In this document: positions 48,440-57,974 of the stretch, piece by piece
Position numbering within the stretch: the stretch's first letter is position 1
How the letters are laid out: every line of letters starts with the position of its first letter
NCBI GenBank assembly: GCA_963675595.2
Contig: CAXXLZ010000001.1
Coordinates: 608,001-672,000 of the forward strand
DNA: 64,000 nucleotides
Direction: 5' to 3'
Source: Thermodesulfobacteriota bacterium
GTDB taxonomy: Bacteria > Desulfobacterota > Desulfarculia > JACQYL01
Position numbers and translations under genes: made by a program
The notes under the pieces: model-generated
The model's input: the letters and a program-made list of their open reading frames with translations, nothing else
What the model was told of the DNA's origin: nothing
Database searches by the model: none

Positions 48440-49174
48440 TCACGAAACATCAGCCTCCAGCTCTTCTCCGAGGTAAAGCTTTCTTACCATTTCGTTGTCT
48501 TCCAGCTGATCGACGGAATCTTCCAGCACGATCTTTCCCGATTGGATCACGTAACCCCGTGTGGCTATCTGGAATGCCATGAGAGCGTTTTGTTCGATGA
48601 GCAGGATCGTGGTTCCATGGCGGTTCATATTCAGAATGACCGTGAAGATGGTCTCCACCACCAGGGGAGCAAGTCCCATGGATGGTTCGTCGAGAAGCAC
48701 CAACTCGGGTCTGGACATGAGGGCCCGTCCCATGGCGAGCATCTGTTGCTCCCCGCCGCTCAGCGTGCCCGCTACCTGTCGGCTGCGCTCTTTCAGCCGC
48801 GGAAACAGCTCGAAAACCCGATCGAGGTCTTGAAGGACTGCAGGAGTGTCTCGCCGGATATACGCGCCCATCTCAAGGTTTTCCAACACCGACAGCCGGG
48901 TGAATATCTTACGGCCCTCGGGAGACTGGCTGATGCCCCGGGCCACGATCTCATGGGGAGGTAGACCGTCGATGCGTTCGCCCTTAAAAAGAATCGACCC
49001 TTCTCTGGGGGGGACCAGTCCGGAAATCGTATTGAGCAGGGTGGTCTTTCCCGCTCCGTTACTCCCGATGAGTGTGACGATTTCACCCTCCGCCACGTTC
49101 AGGCTAATCCCGCGAAGGGCTCGAATATTGCCGTAATAGGCGTGTACATCCAGGACTTCAAGCAGGGGCGCCAT
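48440..49174 (-). CDS. livF: Branched-chain amino acid ABC transporter ATP-binding protein
   Basis: GSNGAGKTT, LSGGEQQMLAMGRALM, LLDEPSMGLAP. Confidence 0.92.
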   Translation of the reverse strand: MAPLLEVLDVHAYYGNIRALRGISLNVAEGEIVTLIGSNGAGKTTLLNTISGLVPPREGSILFKGERIDGLPPHEIVARGISQSPEGRKIFTRLSVLENLEMGAYIRRDTPAVLQDLDRVFELFPRLKERSRQVAGTLSGGEQQMLAMGRALMSRPELVLLDEPSMGLAPLVVETIFTVILNMNRHGTTILLIEQNALMAFQIATRGYVIQSGKIVLEDSVDQLEDNEMVRKLYLGEELEADVS

Positions 49175-50003
49175 CGGTTTCTCCGGGGAGTTCGCGCAAT
49201 CTGCGTTTCAGACGAAGGGCGCCGGCCTGCTTGCCCAGATAGGCTTCGATGACCGCAGGATTCTTCTGCACAGCTTCAGGCGTACCTTCGGCGATCTTCG
49301 AGCCGTGGTCGAGCACGGTCACCCGGTCGGAGATGCCCATAATCACCCGCATATCGTGTTCGATGAGCAGAATGGTCAAGTTCAGTTCTTCCCGTATCTT
49401 CCGGATGAGCCCGGTCATCATAGCGGTTTCACGAGGATTCATGCCGGCCGTGGGTTCGTCCAGGAGCAACAGCTTGGGTTCGGAGGCCAGGGCGCGGCCC
49501 AATTCGAGTCTTCTTTGATCACCGTAGGAAAGGTTTCCGGCCGGTTCGTCCGTTCGGTGTTTCAAACCCACATATTCAAGCATTTCTTCCGATTTGGCCA
49601 AAGCCGCATGTTCTTCTCTGCGCGTACCCGAGTTGCGGATCACGGCCCCCCATACTCCGGCCCTCATTCGTGTATGCCGGCCCACGAGGACGTTTTCCAA
49701 GGCGGTCATTCCGGGAAACAGGCGAATGTTCTGGAAAGTACGGGCGATCCCCAGCTGCACAATGCGGTGTGACGGACGGCCGGTGATGTTGCGTCCGCAG
49801 AAGAGCAATTTGCCGTGAGTGGGATTATATGCGCCGGAAATAATGTTGAAAAGGGTAGTCTTGCCCGCGCCGTTTGGGCCGATGAGTCCCGCGATGAGCC
49901 CCTCGCTGAGAGAGATATCCACGCCGTCTATGGCCTGCAGACCCCCAAAGAAATGGGAAAGGCCCTGAATCTCCAATAGTGCGTGGTGTTGCAGGCGGCT
50001 CAT
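49158..50003 (-). CDS. livG: Branched-chain amino acid ABC transporter ATP-binding protein
   Basis: GPNGAGKTT, ARTFQNIRLF, LSYGDQRRLE, VIEAYLG. Confidence 0.92.
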   Translation of the reverse strand: MSRLQHHALLEIQGLSHFFGGLQAIDGVDISLSEGLIAGLIGPNGAGKTTLFNIISGAYNPTHGKLLFCGRNITGRPSHRIVQLGIARTFQNIRLFPGMTALENVLVGRHTRMRAGVWGAVIRNSGTRREEHAALAKSEEMLEYVGLKHRTDEPAGNLSYGDQRRLELGRALASEPKLLLLDEPTAGMNPRETAMMTGLIRKIREELNLTILLIEHDMRVIMGISDRVTVLDHGSKIAEGTPEAVQKNPAVIEAYLGKQAGALRLKRRLRELPGETDGAPA

Positions 50004-50995
50004 TTTCGCTTCATTTCCACTTTAAGCCGCGCTGCGGGCAGAAACCCCGAGGGTCTGAAAATCATCATGATCACCAACAATGCGCCGAAGGCCAGCATGC
50101 GGTAGAGGGCCAGACCCCGGAGTACTTCGGGGATGCCGATGAGCACCACCGCGCCCAAAATGACGCCGGGGATGCTCCCCATGCCTCCAATGATGATCAG
50201 ACAGAGCACGTTGATGGAAACCATAAGGGAGAAGTCGTCGGGAAAGATGGAGCCCTGTCGGGCCGCGAATATGACACCGCCGATACCCGCAAAGCAGGCA
50301 CCAATGGCGAAGGCCATAAGTTTGTATTTCAGGACGTTGATGCCCATCAAAGCGGCGGCGTCCTGGTCTTCTCTCATGGCCGCCCAGGCCCTGCCCACTC
50401 TGGATTGGTTGAGACGCGAGGCCGTGAACGCGGCGAGTATGCAGCCCGCCAAAATAAGATAATAGTAATGGGTGGGGGTGGAGAATTGGAAGTTGCCCAA
50501 AGACGGCGGGTCGATTCGGAGCAGCCCCTTGGGTCCGTTGGTCAGGCCGTCCAGATTGTTGAGCAATATACGAACGATTTGGCCAAAACCCAACGTGACG
50601 ATGGCCAAGTAGTCGCCCCGCATGCGCAGTACGGGAATACCCAACAGCACGCCTCCCATGGACGCAACCAAGGCGCAGACGGGAATCATGAGCCAGAAGG
50701 GGACGTGGTATCCGAACTGAGGCGAGGCCAGCAGTCCGTAGGTGTAGGCTCCAATGGCGAAAAACGCCACGTATCCAAGGTCCAGCAGGCCGGCGAACCC
50801 CACGGTGACGTTCAGCCCGATGCCCAGGATGATGTAAATCCCCACATGGGCGAGCACGTGTGTCCAATAATTGCCTACGATCAGGGGTAGCAGCGATAAA
50901 GGGACCAACAAAAGGGTGAGGCGAAGCCACGGAGGGCCGGAGCTTCCCAACCGCCGGAAGATGTTTCGGTTTTCCGCGTCGGACGTTACGTGCAT
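50000..50995 (-). CDS. livM: Branched-chain amino acid ABC transporter permease
   Basis: GLLDLGYVAFFAIGAY, RGDYLAIVTLGFG, GRAWAAMRED. Confidence 0.92.
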   Translation of the reverse strand: MHVTSDAENRNIFRRLGSSGPPWLRLTLLLVPLSLLPLIVGNYWTHVLAHVGIYIILGIGLNVTVGFAGLLDLGYVAFFAIGAYTYGLLASPQFGYHVPFWLMIPVCALVASMGGVLLGIPVLRMRGDYLAIVTLGFGQIVRILLNNLDGLTNGPKGLLRIDPPSLGNFQFSTPTHYYYLILAGCILAAFTASRLNQSRVGRAWAAMREDQDAAALMGINVLKYKLMAFAIGACFAGIGGVIFAARQGSIFPDDFSLMVSINVLCLIIIGGMGSIPGVILGAVVLIGIPEVLRGLALYRMLAFGALLVIMMIFRPSGFLPAARLKVEMKRK

Positions 50996-51927
50996 CAGGT
51001 TCTTTGCGATACCACTTCCCCCATGATGCCCCGGGGGCGAAGTATTAGGATGAGCACCAGCAGGCCGAAAGCCACTACGTCTTTGTATTGAGCGGGGAGA
51101 ATGAATACGCTGAAGGCTTCGGCGAGCCCCAAAAAGTAGCCTCCGATCATGGCTCCGGCCACGTTGCCGATGCCGCCCACCACGGCCGCGGTGAATGCCT
51201 TGATTCCCGGCACGAATCCCATCATGTGATCGATCTGCGAGTAGTACATGCCCACCATGACGCCCGCCACGGCCGCGAGACCGGACCCCACCGCGAAAGC
51301 CGTCACAATGATCCGGTTTACATTGATCCCCATGAGAGCCGCCGCGTCAGGATTCTCGGCCACCGCGCGCATGGCTTTTCCGGTCCGGGTTTTGAAGATG
51401 AACCACATGAGTCCCCCCATCATCAGTAGAGAACCCGCCAGGATAAAGACCTGAAAATAAGAAACCACGAATCTTCCCATCTCCAGCAGGCCTCCGGGGA
51501 ACACGTCGGGATATACTTTTATCCGGGCTTTCACAATGAGCATCATAACGTTCTGGAGGAAAATGGAAGCCCCGATGGCACTGATGAGGGCGGCGAGACG
51601 AGGCGCTTTTCGCAGGGGCCTGTAGGCCACGCGCTCGAGCAGAACTCCCAGGCATGAGGAGACGAGCACGGCGCCTACTAGAGCCAGCACCACGGACACA
51701 AAGGGGTGCCGACCCGTGAAGTCGGACCCCGCCAAAGCGGACAGGACGAAAAAGCCTGAGAACGAGCCGAACATGAAGATTTCGCCATGAGCGAAATTGA
51801 TCATGAAGAGAATGCCGTAAACCAGGGTATAGCCCATGGCGATCAGCGCGTAGATACCACCGATGGTCAGGCCGTTGACCACCTGATCGAAAAGCACTTC
51901 AGGACTGGCTAGCAGGGATAGATTCAT
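50995..51927 (-). CDS. livH: Branched-chain amino acid ABC transporter permease
   Basis: GIYALIAMGYTLVYGILFMINFAHGE, KAFTAAVVGGIG; the start could be 51966. Confidence 0.92.
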   Translation of the reverse strand: MNLSLLASPEVLFDQVVNGLTIGGIYALIAMGYTLVYGILFMINFAHGEIFMFGSFSGFFVLSALAGSDFTGRHPFVSVVLALVGAVLVSSCLGVLLERVAYRPLRKAPRLAALISAIGASIFLQNVMMLIVKARIKVYPDVFPGGLLEMGRFVVSYFQVFILAGSLLMMGGLMWFIFKTRTGKAMRAVAENPDAAALMGINVNRIIVTAFAVGSGLAAVAGVMVGMYYSQIDHMMGFVPGIKAFTAAVVGGIGNVAGAMIGGYFLGLAEAFSVFILPAQYKDVVAFGLLVLILILRPRGIMGEVVSQRT

Positions 51928-52176
51928 TCGTTCACTACTAAATACGAGAGCGCCTACCACCGGCATGCTCGTCGATGGACGGGCTCACGGATCGACATCT
52001 CAGGCGGTTTCCGTTGAGACGGCTCGGTGGGGAAGAGCCTCTATAAACGTCTTCATAGCGAAGCGCGGAGGGGAAATATTCTTGAGAGCGTTTCACCCGT
52101 GAATGAGGACGCACAACCCACCGAAGTCCGACCTGTTACAGGTATGGCGAGCGACCGAGTGAAAAAAAGGAGAGGG

Positions 52177-53349
52177 TCAGTCGGTCACCTCTTTGAAAAA
52201 ACATTTTCCATGTTCGCAAGCCACCACATTCACGGCCACCACGGATCCGGTTCGATCCCCCACCTCGTCGAAGGTGATGTGGCCGGTGACGCCGTCGTAC
52301 TCAATGTTCCTCACCGCGTCGCGCAGCGCTTTTCGGCCGATAAGCAACTCGCCGTTTTCGCCTTTTTGGGCCACTTTCTCGATGGCGGTCAGCAAAATAC
52401 CGGTCGCGTCGTATGCTTGTGGAGAAAAGGTTTGCTTGGGGCCGTATTTGGCTTCGAATCGTGCGACCCATTTGGAGAACTTCTCGCCTTTCGGGACCTT
52501 GGCATAGGTGATATAGGCACCGGTGGACGCTTTGCCGGCGCCTTGGATGAATGATTTCTCAGCGTAGCAGCCGTCGTCGCTCAGGAACACGGCCTTCATG
52601 CCGATGCGCCGCATTTGACGAACCAACAAAGCTCCTTCGGCGGACATGCCGCCGAAGTAGACCAGTTGCGGCCTGAATATCTTGATCTTGGTTAAGACGG
52701 GTGAGAAATCCTTGTCTCCGCGAGTCAACCCTTCGTAGGACACCACCTGACCACCGTGCTTTTCGATGTAGCGCTTGAACTCATCGGCGAGCCCCTGTCC
52801 GTAGGCGCTTTTGTCGTGGACTACGGCCACTCGGGTCCAACCCTTTTTCACGGCGAATTCGGCGGCGGCCGTCCCTTGAATCTTGTCGTTCCAGCAAGTA
52901 CGGAAGAAGACGGAGATGCCGCGCTTGGTGACCTCAAGGCCGGTGGAAGAGGGGGAGATCATTACCAATTTGTACTTCTGGTGAATGTCGGATGCGGGGA
53001 TGGAACCCCCGCTGCACATATATCCGATAACGCCTACGATTCTCGGATCGTTGCAGAACTTCTCGGCTATCGCGACCGACGGCGCGCCCTCGCATTGGTC
53101 GTCTTCAGCCTCGAGTTCCAAGGGATGGCCCATGATTTCCTTCTTTTCTTTCACGGCCATTTCCACCGCATTCTTGATATCGATACCCATGGTCGCGTAT
53201 CCGCCGGAAAGCATGGTGCCGAGTCCGACCTTCACGGCTTCTCCCGCGGGAACAACGAATTCGCCCCACTCATCGGCGCGGGATTCACTCACGGGGACGC
53301 AAAGGATCGTCAGCACCACCAAACAAACGAACACCCGAATGCGCACCAT
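52177..53349 (-). CDS. livK: Branched-chain amino acid ABC transporter substrate-binding protein
   Basis: Signal peptide, EDDQC, GYMCSG, HDKSAYGQGLA, GDKDFS, YDGVTGHITFD. Confidence 0.88.
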   Translation of the reverse strand: MVRIRVFVCLVVLTILCVPVSESRADEWGEFVVPAGEAVKVGLGTMLSGGYATMGIDIKNAVEMAVKEKKEIMGHPLELEAEDDQCEGAPSVAIAEKFCNDPRIVGVIGYMCSGGSIPASDIHQKYKLVMISPSSTGLEVTKRGISVFFRTCWNDKIQGTAAAEFAVKKGWTRVAVVHDKSAYGQGLADEFKRYIEKHGGQVVSYEGLTRGDKDFSPVLTKIKIFRPQLVYFGGMSAEGALLVRQMRRIGMKAVFLSDDGCYAEKSFIQGAGKASTGAYITYAKVPKGEKFSKWVARFEAKYGPKQTFSPQAYDATGILLTAIEKVAQKGENGELLIGRKALRDAVRNIEYDGVTGHITFDEVGDRTGSVVAVNVVACEHGKCFFKEVTD

Positions 53350-53658
53350 GGCTCCTCCTTGGCAGGCCGTCAAGAACACGATCTGCGGCGTGGCGCTTCA
53401 TCCCCCGTCATTGCTGCGTATTTCTTGTACGCCCATATTTCTTGGGACTTGCGCGTATTGCATGTCGTCGTCTTTCGTCGGACGACGGCAATCGAATATC
53501 TTCAATCCGCTGTCGGGATGAATCATGTCGGACGACGAAAATTTCGGCCGGGGTGTCTCTTTGGACGCCCCCGCAGTGCGATCTCCGGGCAAATAATAAC
53601 GGGAGGCCAGGGCACTTGCAAGGAGATTCCCGGAGATGCGACCGGGATTTGCGCGGCC

Positions 53659-53907
53659 TTAGCCCAGGAGTTTCCGGTAACGCTTCAGACCCAAGGAAGG
53701 AATGGCCGCCGAAAAAAGAAGAATCGGCCGGACATGAGGAAGGATTTCCCGAAAACCGTTCCTTTTGAGGAGGACTCCCCGCACGATCCACAGGTAGTGT
53801 GTCGGAGGCAGGGCCGGCCCGATCCATTGGGTCCGCTCGGACATGCCTGGGAACGGGGATATGACGCTCGACAACGGAATCGACGGAAGGAAAAAGAAGA
53901 AAGCCAT
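53659..53907 (-). pseudogene. Remnant of an ABC-2 type permease (YbhR/YbhS-like) C-terminus
   Basis: FFFFLPSI.LS..PF.GM..QWIG..LP.THYL.IVRGVLLK.NG..LGLKRYRK matches only the last ~80 aa of such permeases; no upstream part. Confidence 0.65.
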
Positions 53908-54100
53908 CTGTACGGCCTGAAGCCGGTTTCAATCAACAGGTGTCAAGTCGCCGGCGGAATTATCCCCCCACCGGCTTCCACCTTCTACGTCGGTGTCTTC
54001 CCTATGATTGCATTTCCTCCCACCGTGACGTATCCTGAAAACATTCCGTCGGGAGTCCGACGGAAACCGTAACTTTCATGGTGGGGAGAGATAAGACCCC

Positions 54101-54475
54101 GTGAGCAAGATCTGGATTGGGCTTTTCATACTATGCGCGACCGTTTTCCATGGTGCGTACGCATCGGCCGAGACACCGGGACAACTCCGAGCTATGGAAG
54201 AGCGCGGGGCGGTCTTGGCGGAGGCAAGGAATCGGTTCGTAGTTCAGGTATTGAACGGTTACGGAATTCCCTACCTCCTAAACCATCAGGGCATGGTATC
54301 CGCCATCCGGGTGAAGAACGCCTGGTTCACGGTGGCCTCGATCACCATTGTCCCCGAGGTTGAACAACAAGGGGACTTCCTGGTGGTCAAGGGGCACAAC
54401 CTTTACTTCCGGCCCCAAGGGGAAGGGACTCCCCTTCATCTGTTTTCCGATCTCAGAATTCCGGTTCCTCATTGA
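54101..54475 (+). CDS. Secreted hypothetical protein
   Basis: GTG start, signal peptide ending ASA, 124 aa. Confidence 0.65.
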   Translation: MSKIWIGLFILCATVFHGAYASAETPGQLRAMEERGAVLAEARNRFVVQVLNGYGIPYLLNHQGMVSAIRVKNAWFTVASITIVPEVEQQGDFLVVKGHNLYFRPQGEGTPLHLFSDLRIPVPH

Positions 54476-54527
54476 TCTTATCTTTGATTTCATTTCACCG
54501 CACCGCTTTGCGCCCGGGAACGCCGAC

Positions 54528-55262
54528 ATGCGAATCGGCTTGATCGCGGCTCTCCGCACCGAGACACGGAGCTTGCTGTCACGCCTTCACTGGGTCCGAA
54601 AGAAGTGGCCGGAGGGCTTTTTTTCTTTCGAATGCCGGCGGGGCGCCCGTGAACTCATTCTAATGGAAACAGGCATGGGAGCCGAGAGGAGTCTTCGGGG
54701 GGCCTCGCTGCTTGTGGAGGAGTTTTCCCCGGATTACCTCGTTTGCTTCGGCTTCGGCGGGGGGCTGAGTGAGAATTTGAACCCCGGAGACGCCATCCGG
54801 GCTGTAAGGTCGGTCTTGTTCAACGGGAAAACCGGGTCGTTGGAAGAGCCGGCACGGGGAATCGGCGATCCTGCGGGACCTTTTTCGGTCTGGGCGGATG
54901 TTCCGGCGGGGACCATCGTCACCGTGAGGAGGTCCCCTGATAAAGCATTCCTGGCAGGGCTGCTTCCCGACTCACGGCATCCCGCCCAGGTGGACATGGA
55001 AACTTCGTATCTAGCGGGCTTTGCGTCGGATAGGGGTGTTTCCTTTGCCGGCCTACGCGCGGTATGCGATGAATTGGGTTTCGAGCCGAATCTGCCCTTG
55101 GATCGGCTTATGGATCCATTGGGAAGGGAAAGTGCCTGGAGGGCGGTTCGCTTGGCCGTTGGGAATCCGGGTATGGCCGTGCGATTCGTCAGGCTTGCGC
55201 GGCGTTCATTGGCGGCGGGAAAGACTTTGGCGCATCGGGTGGCCATGCTGCTGGACGAATGA
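54528..55262 (+). CDS. Nucleoside phosphorylase-like protein, probable hopanoid-associated HpnG
   Basis: GLIAAL..E, TGMG, FGFGGGL, VDMET, LRAVCD; adjacent to hpnH. Confidence 0.72.
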   Translation: MRIGLIAALRTETRSLLSRLHWVRKKWPEGFFSFECRRGARELILMETGMGAERSLRGASLLVEEFSPDYLVCFGFGGGLSENLNPGDAIRAVRSVLFNGKTGSLEEPARGIGDPAGPFSVWADVPAGTIVTVRRSPDKAFLAGLLPDSRHPAQVDMETSYLAGFASDRGVSFAGLRAVCDELGFEPNLPLDRLMDPLGRESAWRAVRLAVGNPGMAVRFVRLARRSLAAGKTLAHRVAMLLDE

Positions 55263-55316
55263 GAAATCGGCCTCACCCCGTGATGTTGCGCAACCGAAGT
55301 CTTGGGGTCGCAGTGC

Positions 55317-56117
55317 TCAATGCCCGGGCGCCGGAACCCGGTTCCGTGAAATCCGTCGAAGGCTCCAGGCCAGAAGCAGCCCGCTCAAGGCCGATCCGGT
55401 TAAGCCTAATAGCCGCTCCCCGACCCAGAAAGTAATCCCCAGGTTTCCCGCAATGACCATCCAGTACAAAAGGGGACCGGTGAATTCGGACAAGTTCCCC
55501 CGAACGGTCTCGCCTTCCTTCGACGCATACCGGCGCAGGAGCAGGCTGAGTGAAGTCATGAGCGCCAGCCCCACCAGAAACCAACCCGCAAAGTTCGTCC
55601 AGGGGATGTGGAAGTACAACCCTTCGTGGCGATACCCGTATATCTTGCCCAAAAACCAGCGATCTCCGACAAAGGCCACCGGATCGATCACTACGTCGAG
55701 AAAGGCGAACAGCAGGGCGCCCGAAACGATGGTTTCCAATGAGATTCGCCTTGGATCGTCCATGATCAGGATCGAATACCGGCCCGTTCGGTGCCAGGGG
55801 CTCTTGAGCAGCACGGCCATACGATAAGCGGCGAAAGAAAGGAAAACATAGGAGAGGGAATCCATAAAGGGTACACCGGCAACCCAGAGCTCCGTGTCGG
55901 CCGTGGCGGCGATGTAGTAGTAATGGCCGTATGGAAACCCGTTGTGAATCGAGGAGTATTCCGAAAGGAACGCAATGACATAGGCCGAGATCAGATGGAG
56001 CGAGGTGACACGAACTCCATACCTTCGGATGCATCCCACCAGAAACACGAGGAGAAAAGCGAAAACGTAGGGGCGCAGCAGCAGAGTGCCCAGCAGCAGT
56101 CGCGGAATCTCAGGCAT
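55317..56117 (-). CDS. CruF/DUF422-like 'carotenoid biosynthesis' membrane protein
   Basis: Multi-TM; SE..SIHNGFPYGHYYY, GVP, LDVVIDPVA, IPWTNFAGWF motifs. Confidence 0.78.
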   Translation of the reverse strand: MPEIPRLLLGTLLLRPYVFAFLLVFLVGCIRRYGVRVTSLHLISAYVIAFLSEYSSIHNGFPYGHYYYIAATADTELWVAGVPFMDSLSYVFLSFAAYRMAVLLKSPWHRTGRYSILIMDDPRRISLETIVSGALLFAFLDVVIDPVAFVGDRWFLGKIYGYRHEGLYFHIPWTNFAGWFLVGLALMTSLSLLLRRYASKEGETVRGNLSEFTGPLLYWMVIAGNLGITFWVGERLLGLTGSALSGLLLAWSLRRISRNRVPAPGH

Positions 56118-57111
56118 TCAGATTCCAAAGGATCATTTTGGCCAAGTCTCTCGGGCTCTTGCCCAGAGTCCTCACCACCGAGGCCTCGAACCCGCAATGT
56201 ACCATGCAGTCGCGGCATCTGGGGTCTTCACCCGCTTCGTAACGGTCCCAGTCGGTTTGCTCCATCAGTTCGCGAAACGTGGCGTAGTGCGTGTCCGTGA
56301 TTAGGTAGCAGGGGGACTTCCAGCCGGCGGGATTCCGGGTGGGATTTCCCCAGGGCGTGCAGGACAGGTTTCTTTCGCCTCTCAGGAATTCGAGAAACAA
56401 TGGAGTGCTGATGATGGGGTACTTGGAGAACGAAGGGGAGAGTTCCCGAAAGATTTCGTGGATCCTTCGACGATTAAGGAACATGTCGTTCCCCACACTC
56501 TCGTACTCGAATCCCGGAGAAACCAAGATGCCGTCCACTCCCAGGGACTTCAGCACATCGAACAACTTGAGAAGATTGGCCGGGTCCGATTCCTTGTACA
56601 CGGTGGTGTTGGTGCTCACCCGGAAGCCCTGTGACTTGGCGAATCGAACGGCGGCCACCGCCTCTTCGAACATGCCTTTGCGGTTCATGATTCGATCGTG
56701 CTCTTCGCCGAAGGCGTCGAGATGGATGTTGAGTGTGAGGCGGGGATCGGGGGTGAGCTGGTTCAGCCTCTCACCGACCAGTGTTCCGTTGGTGCAAAGG
56801 TAAACGTGCTTCCTGCGATGCAGAACCGCCCTCACCAAGCGTCCCAAGTAGGGGACGAGAAAGGGCTCTCCGCCGGTGATGGTCACCACGGGCGCTCCCG
56901 CTTGGTCCACCGAGTCCAGGCAGTCCTCGAAGGAAAGGCTTTGGTTCAGTGTTTGTTTGTACTCGCGGATGCGTCCGCAACCCAGGCAGTTCAAATTACA
57001 CTGATGGGTGGGCTCGAGCATCAATACCAAAGGGAAGCGGCGGGTGCCCTTGATCTGATTGGACAGCAGATACCGCGTCATGTCGAAATGCAGCTGGATG
57101 GGAAAACGCAT
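56110..57111 (-). CDS. hpnH: Adenosyl-hopane transferase (radical SAM)
   Basis: RFPLVLMLEP..CNLNCLGCG, CTPWGNPTRN..GW..PCYL, DPRCRDCMVHCGFEAS. Confidence 0.92.
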   Translation of the reverse strand: MRFPIQLHFDMTRYLLSNQIKGTRRFPLVLMLEPTHQCNLNCLGCGRIREYKQTLNQSLSFEDCLDSVDQAGAPVVTITGGEPFLVPYLGRLVRAVLHRRKHVYLCTNGTLVGERLNQLTPDPRLTLNIHLDAFGEEHDRIMNRKGMFEEAVAAVRFAKSQGFRVSTNTTVYKESDPANLLKLFDVLKSLGVDGILVSPGFEYESVGNDMFLNRRRIHEIFRELSPSFSKYPIISTPLFLEFLRGERNLSCTPWGNPTRNPAGWKSPCYLITDTHYATFRELMEQTDWDRYEAGEDPRCRDCMVHCGFEASVVRTLGKSPRDLAKMILWNLNA

Positions 57112-57119
57112 GAGACTCG

Positions 57120-57953
57120 CTATTTGTGTGAATGATGTGGAAAAAGGTGCGCCAAGGCCCTTTTGAACTCGTCGATGGGAATGAGGGTATTCTTACAGGG
57201 CCCTTCGGGGCGCTGGTTGGGAATACCGATGACGGGTACGTAAAGCGATACGTCTTTGAGCCCTGTGATCAAATCGCGTTCGCAAGCCATGGCGATGATA
57301 AAATCCGGTCGGAGCTTCTTTATCTCCTTCCTCGCCTCCTCCCCGCCTCCCACGGTGGCCAAGTGACAAGGGAAATCTTCGCAGATGGATTTGACCTCTT
57401 TGCGAACGGACACATGCAGGCATCTCGGAAGCAGCACCAGAAGTTTCGGGGTCGAGCCGGGAAGTCCTAGAGCCTCCGTCACCGTGTTGCTGACTTTGAC
57501 GAAGGAGTGTCCGACCTTGTCCCTGGACTGCCCGAATTTCTTTCCCAGCCACACGGCTTTGGGAAGGAGGAAGAACAGAAAGGACTGGATGGTCCGGTAG
57601 GAGAGCACTCGAACTCCGAATATCACTTGCAGGAGCAGGAGGCCGTAGAGCGCCACGGGCAGGATGGACAGGATGAGCATGACCCCGTGGGTCACCGTCT
57701 GCAACATCGGGGGAAGTTGTGAAATCCGGGGTTCTACCAAGTACCAGAAGAATCCCAGGCCTCCGGTGAGCAACAGCACCGCAAGCAGCGAGAAACTCAG
57801 AAACTTGACCTTGGATTCTGTAATGGCGGGTTCGATCTCGTTGATATCCCCGCTCCAATCCGACCACTCATCCCCGAGCTTGCGATCCTTCTTGGGTTTT
57901 TCATCCTGAAACCGTTCCGAGTTCTTTGTGGTTTCCAGAGATTCGGTTTCCAT
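57120..57953 (-). CDS. DUF116 domain membrane protein
   Basis: LLPRCL, ATVGGGEEAR, AMACERDLITG, PNQRPEGPCKNT; two N-terminal TMs. Confidence 0.82.
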   Translation of the reverse strand: METESLETTKNSERFQDEKPKKDRKLGDEWSDWSGDINEIEPAITESKVKFLSFSLLAVLLLTGGLGFFWYLVEPRISQLPPMLQTVTHGVMLILSILPVALYGLLLLQVIFGVRVLSYRTIQSFLFFLLPKAVWLGKKFGQSRDKVGHSFVKVSNTVTEALGLPGSTPKLLVLLPRCLHVSVRKEVKSICEDFPCHLATVGGGEEARKEIKKLRPDFIIAMACERDLITGLKDVSLYVPVIGIPNQRPEGPCKNTLIPIDEFKRALAHLFPHHSHK

Positions 57954-57974
57954 AAGATCATGCCCCGGCGTGCG

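Noticed and set aside
52756-54072. 438-aa plus-strand ORF and similar long antisense ORFs (e.g. 45909-46886, 23073-24029, 15616-16584)
   Set aside because: These are shadow ORFs opposite well-supported genes in GC-rich DNA.
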